Shown here: in pieces, positions 60,031-64,000 of the stretch | How the letters are laid out: every line of letters starts with the position of its first letter | Numbering within the stretch: position 1 is the stretch's first letter | Assembly: GCA_028534125.1 (NCBI GenBank) | Contig: CM052816.1 | Location: 84,384,001-84,448,000, forward strand | Direction: 5' to 3' | Source of the DNA: Lama glama | Lineage: Eukaryota | Length of the DNA stretch: 64,000 nt | Program-made: the position numbers and the translations under genes | Notes under the pieces: generated by a model | Told to the model about the DNA's origin: nothing | Databases searched by the model: none | What the model saw: only the letters and a program-made list of their open reading frames with translations

Positions 60031-62840
60031 TATTTTTGAGATTCATCCATGTTGCTGTATTATTAGTAGTTACTTTTTTAATTGCTAAAGGGTATATATT
60101 TATATGACTATAATTTATTTGAATATCCATTCTCATGTTGATGGGTATTTGGGTTATTTATAGTTTAGAGCTCTTATGAGGAAAGAACATTTTTGTGTAA
60201 GTATTATTGTAGGCCTGTTTTTATTTATCTTGTGTAGATATACAGGAGTGAAATTTCTGGATCACAGGGTAGTCGAGTTTTTAAGTTTTATAAGAAACTT
60301 CCAAATAGTTTTACAAAAATGCATTATTTTATACTGCTTCTAGTAAAGTATGAGTTCCATATACCTCCTTCACAATATTTGATAGTTACACTCAGTCTAG
60401 TGGATATAAAATAATATCTCATTATGGTTTCAATTTGTGCTTTATGGATAATGATGATGCTGAGTTCCCATTCATATTTTTAATGACTATAAAAAATGTC
60501 AGTTCAAACATTTTATACATTTTCCATTGGATTATATTCATATTAGTGACTTTTAATTAATGTCTTAAATAATTTTAAAAATTCCCATATTGTATGTACC
60601 GAAAATATTTTCTCCCTATCTACATTTTCCTTATCAAATTTTTAGTGGTATCTTTTCACAAACTGATTTTAATTTAATTAAGTCTAATTCAGCACTGCTT
60701 ATTCATTTACTATTCGTTTTGCCTGTGAAATATTTGCTTACCTCTAAGTTGTGAAGTTGCTTCCTCCAAAGCTTTCTTCTATATTTACTAAAGCTAAAAT
60801 GTTTATGCTTTTTTATTCAAGTCTTTAATCCATCCTGACAATTTTTGAGCATGGTGTGAGACCGGGGTCAAAGCTCATCATTTTTCTGTATCTTTATCCA
60901 TTTGTTCCAGCACCAATTTTGAAAAGACATTCAGTCTTCTTGATATTTCTGTTGAAAATAACTTGACCACTCATGTAGATGTTTCAAAACTCTCTATTCT
61001 TTTTTTATTGATTTATTAATTAGCTTTAGATATTTTTGAAGTTGCCTCCTAACAACTGAAAGACTTTTTTTCTATTCAGAATATTCTGAATTTTTTAATC
61101 ACGTATGAATATTAAATTTTCTCAAATGTTTTTCTTCGTCTATTGAAATGACCAAGTAATTTTTCATCTTTATTCTGTCTATAAAGTTAATTTTATTAAT
61201 TTTATTTTAAATGTTAAAGCAACTTGATTTCCTGAGATAAACCCCATTTGCTCAAGATGCATTATACTTTTAATATGTTACTGCATTTGATGTGCTAATA
61301 TTTTGTTAAGAAGTTTTCCAACTAGGTTTACAAATAAATTTTTGCATGTAATTTTCTGTGCTTATAATTTCTTCCTCCGATTTTGATATCATTATTCTGG
61401 GTTAAATCTCATAAAATTATGTGAGAAGTGTTTAGTCCTCTATATTTAAAACAATCTCTATAGTATTTTTTTTTCTTAAATGTTTAACAAAATCCTCAGA
61501 AAAGCCATATGGACCTAATGGTTTTGTTGTTTATTGATTTTCCAATTCAACAGTTTTGATTATAGAATCATTTTTTAAAACAGATTTGAACAACTCAGAT
61601 TGTTTAGTGCTTTGTATGTAGATTTAGTCTATTTTTATTTTCTTATTTTCCTTTAAATGTTTATCAGATATGTAGTTGTATGTGCTTTCCCATTCTTATA
61701 TTACTCATACATGTTTTACTTCTATTTATAAATTGTTCAGCCTCTCTATATCCTTATGGAGTATATTACCTTTCAAACAACCAATTTTGACCTTTAAATG
61801 TTTTCTTTATATTTACCATTCTCAATTTTATTTGCCTCATTTTAATTTCTTTCAATTTTGTTCAGTTTTTATGTTTTTCCTTCTAATTATTTTGGGCTTA
61901 ATTTGCTTTGTTTTGTCCTACTTTCTACAGATGGAAACTTACACATTTAATTTAATCTTTAAAAAGTATTTTTACATGAGCAGTTAAAGCTAACTGATTT
62001 AGCTACATTCCAATAACTTTAAATTTTTCTTTTCCACTATCATTCAATCTGACACATTTTTAATTTCCCCTGTGATTCCCTCTTTGACCTATTTATTACT
62101 CAATTTTTTTCTAATTTGGAGGGGTTTACCATATTTTTTCATGTTAATGATTTCTAATTTAATTCTGCTGTGGTTAAATAATATATTTTTTTGAAAATTA
62201 ATGAATAATTCTTTTAAAGTCTATCATGCGGTTTTCACAGTAGCAGAAATTACATCTTCTACAGTTTTAGCAAGAGTGTTAACAAGTGTCAGTTAGTTCA
62301 CATTGGTTGATAATGATGTTCAAATCAATATTTTTACTTTTTGTTTATATGTTCTACCTATAACACAGAGAAGGATGATAAAATCTCCAACTGTTTATAT
62401 GAATTTGTCAATTCTGTTGGATTTGCTCCTTGTGTTTTCAGTCCTGTTATTAAATAAAAGCACATTTTGATTGGTTATATTTTTCCAGAGAAATCACTCT
62501 TTTGTAATTATAAACTCTTTCTCTTTGCTAATATTCATTTTGCTGAAATTCACTTTCTCACTGACATTAACATTTTCATGCTAGTTTCCTCATGTTTATC
62601 ATTTATCTGATAAATTTTATTTCTTTTTTTTTTTTACCCCCAAACTCTGTTTTGTAGTCAATGCAGTCTTCAGACAGCAGAGTCAGGCTGTGCTTTTTAT
62701 CCTGTCTGACAGTTTCTGCCTCTTCTACCACGACAGTTCATGTAATTACTGATATGGTTTTAATCAAATTTGTCCTGTTACTATATGCTATTTGTTCTAG
62801 TAGCCCCATCTCTTTTCTTCTTCTTCTTCCTTTTTTTAAT
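60031..62840 (-). mobile_element. Ancient L1 (L1MC/ME-like) ORF2 fragment, antisense
   Basis: tttttgagattcatccatgttgctg, gttgatgggtatttgggtt, ttgttccagcacca..ttgaaaagac, tctattgaaatgacca; T-rich throughout. Confidence 0.8.
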
Positions 62841-62924
62841 GGAAGAAATTATACAGCACTTGGTCCCTTAGATCTTCACTGATTCCAGCAGTGTTTTCTC
62901 CTCATCTTCCTGCTCTATGAGGAG

Positions 62925-63125
62925 AATCTAGCAGAGCGCTTCCCTGTGTTGCGACAAAGAGAAGTAGGGTCTCCCAGTGGAGTCACCACTTGAAAGAGGG
63001 TCACTGGATCAAGAAACAACTGCACTAGGATTTGTGAAAATAAGAACTGGAATGAGTGAAGCCACTGAGATTTAGAGGTTGTTTGTTCTAACAGCTAGCA
63101 TCTCCCTAGTCCATTACTGACCACA
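62925..63125 (+). mobile_element. MaLR LTR 3' fragment (MLT1I/J-like)
   Basis: aagccactgagatttagaggttgtttgtt..acagc..tactgaccaca. Confidence 0.6.
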
Positions 63126-63784
63126 TTATAAACCCACTTGCTTTAAAAATGTTACTCCCCTTGAGGAGAGCCTCAAGTGCTCCTTTTCCCATCTAGCTTA
63201 CACCTTTGCATGTCTGCCTAAAAGCCCATTTCCTTTTCATCTTCAAGGTTTACCTCAAGATGTGTTTTTAATTTATTCCCCTAAATATAGCTTAAGGTTG
63301 AATTTTTAAAGTATTTTCAAGTGTGCTGACTATTTGGAATCATTTTACTATTGTATATAATTAGTGGTATTTTAAAGTGACATGAGGTGTAAATACTGCT
63401 GTCTTGTGCTGAAAATTGCTTATAGCCTTTTCCATTTACATATAGTATAATTTATTACCCTGTTCCAAAAGTTTCTTACAAAAATGAAAAAATTAGTGAG
63501 GCTTGTAAGATAATTTCAAAAAAATTCCTCACTACATTCTTCATTCTTTGATAAACTGATAAGCTCCATCTGCCTGAAAATTGTATCTGATCTCATAATT
63601 TTAGAAATAGAGAGCATAGTTGTCCAGATTCCACCAAACTCACACTTTTGTAAAGCAATGAGATCAATATTTGGAATGCTCGGCCATAAACCTTTTAGGG
63701 GAGTAGGGAATATTTTCTTGCTGCTTATGTATCTGCAAAAATATACTGATGAAAACATGAGAGGAAAAAAAATACTGTTCTCCT

Positions 63785-64000
63785 TGTTAAGACTCCTGAT
63801 TTGAAGTAAGGCAAATGTAGATTCAAGTTGCCTCTGCCATTTACTAGCTGTGTGACTTATGAGAATTTGTTTGACCGTAAGTCCCTCATATATGTAACAG
63901 AAAAAAATAACAAAACAATTATTTTTGTGAGGTAAAGCATGATAATATTCTAAAATATTTTATGTAATTCCTGGAACATATAAGTAGGTAATTAATGCTC
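63785..64000 (+). mobile_element. MIR SINE
   Basis: ctctgccatttactagctgtgtgactt..ttgtgagg..cctggaacatataagtagg. Confidence 0.75.

Noticed and set aside
1..64000. A novel multi-gene system, CRISPR array, or tRNA/rRNA/snRNA genes
   Set aside because: No supporting sequence seen; the window is repeat-rich non-coding mammalian DNA.

Overview
AT-rich, CpG-depleted eutherian mammal DNA that looks intergenic or deep-intronic, with one 500-N assembly gap (18767-19266). I found no recognisable host protein-coding exon, RNA gene or CRISPR-like array. The only ORFs with a recognisable protein are L1 ORF2 fragments at 18.3-18.8 kb; the rest are chance ORFs or gap/repeat artefacts. The window is dominated by interspersed repeats recognised by eye from remembered consensus sequences, so subfamily names and most edges are approximate: L1, L2, MIR, MaLR (MLT1) LTRs, MER21-, MER41-, MER89- and MER34/LTR39-like LTRs, and hAT MITEs (MER20, MER94, MER5). 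A cetartiodactyl-type L1 3' UTR and a MER41-like LTR, with no obvious Alu, B1/B2, Bov-A/BovB, PRE-1 or CHR SINE, suggest a camelid-like genome (inference only). I see no evidence for a new biological system. The best oddities are: a young 5'-inverted L1 with an estimated ~1.5 kb internal loss; a ~100 bp locally templated insertion in an L2; a MER41-like solo LTR with STAT-type motifs; an LTR nested in an LTR with an intact TSD; repeated (TA)n expansion at one homologous L1 site; and two candidate minus-strand exons or conserved non-coding blocks.
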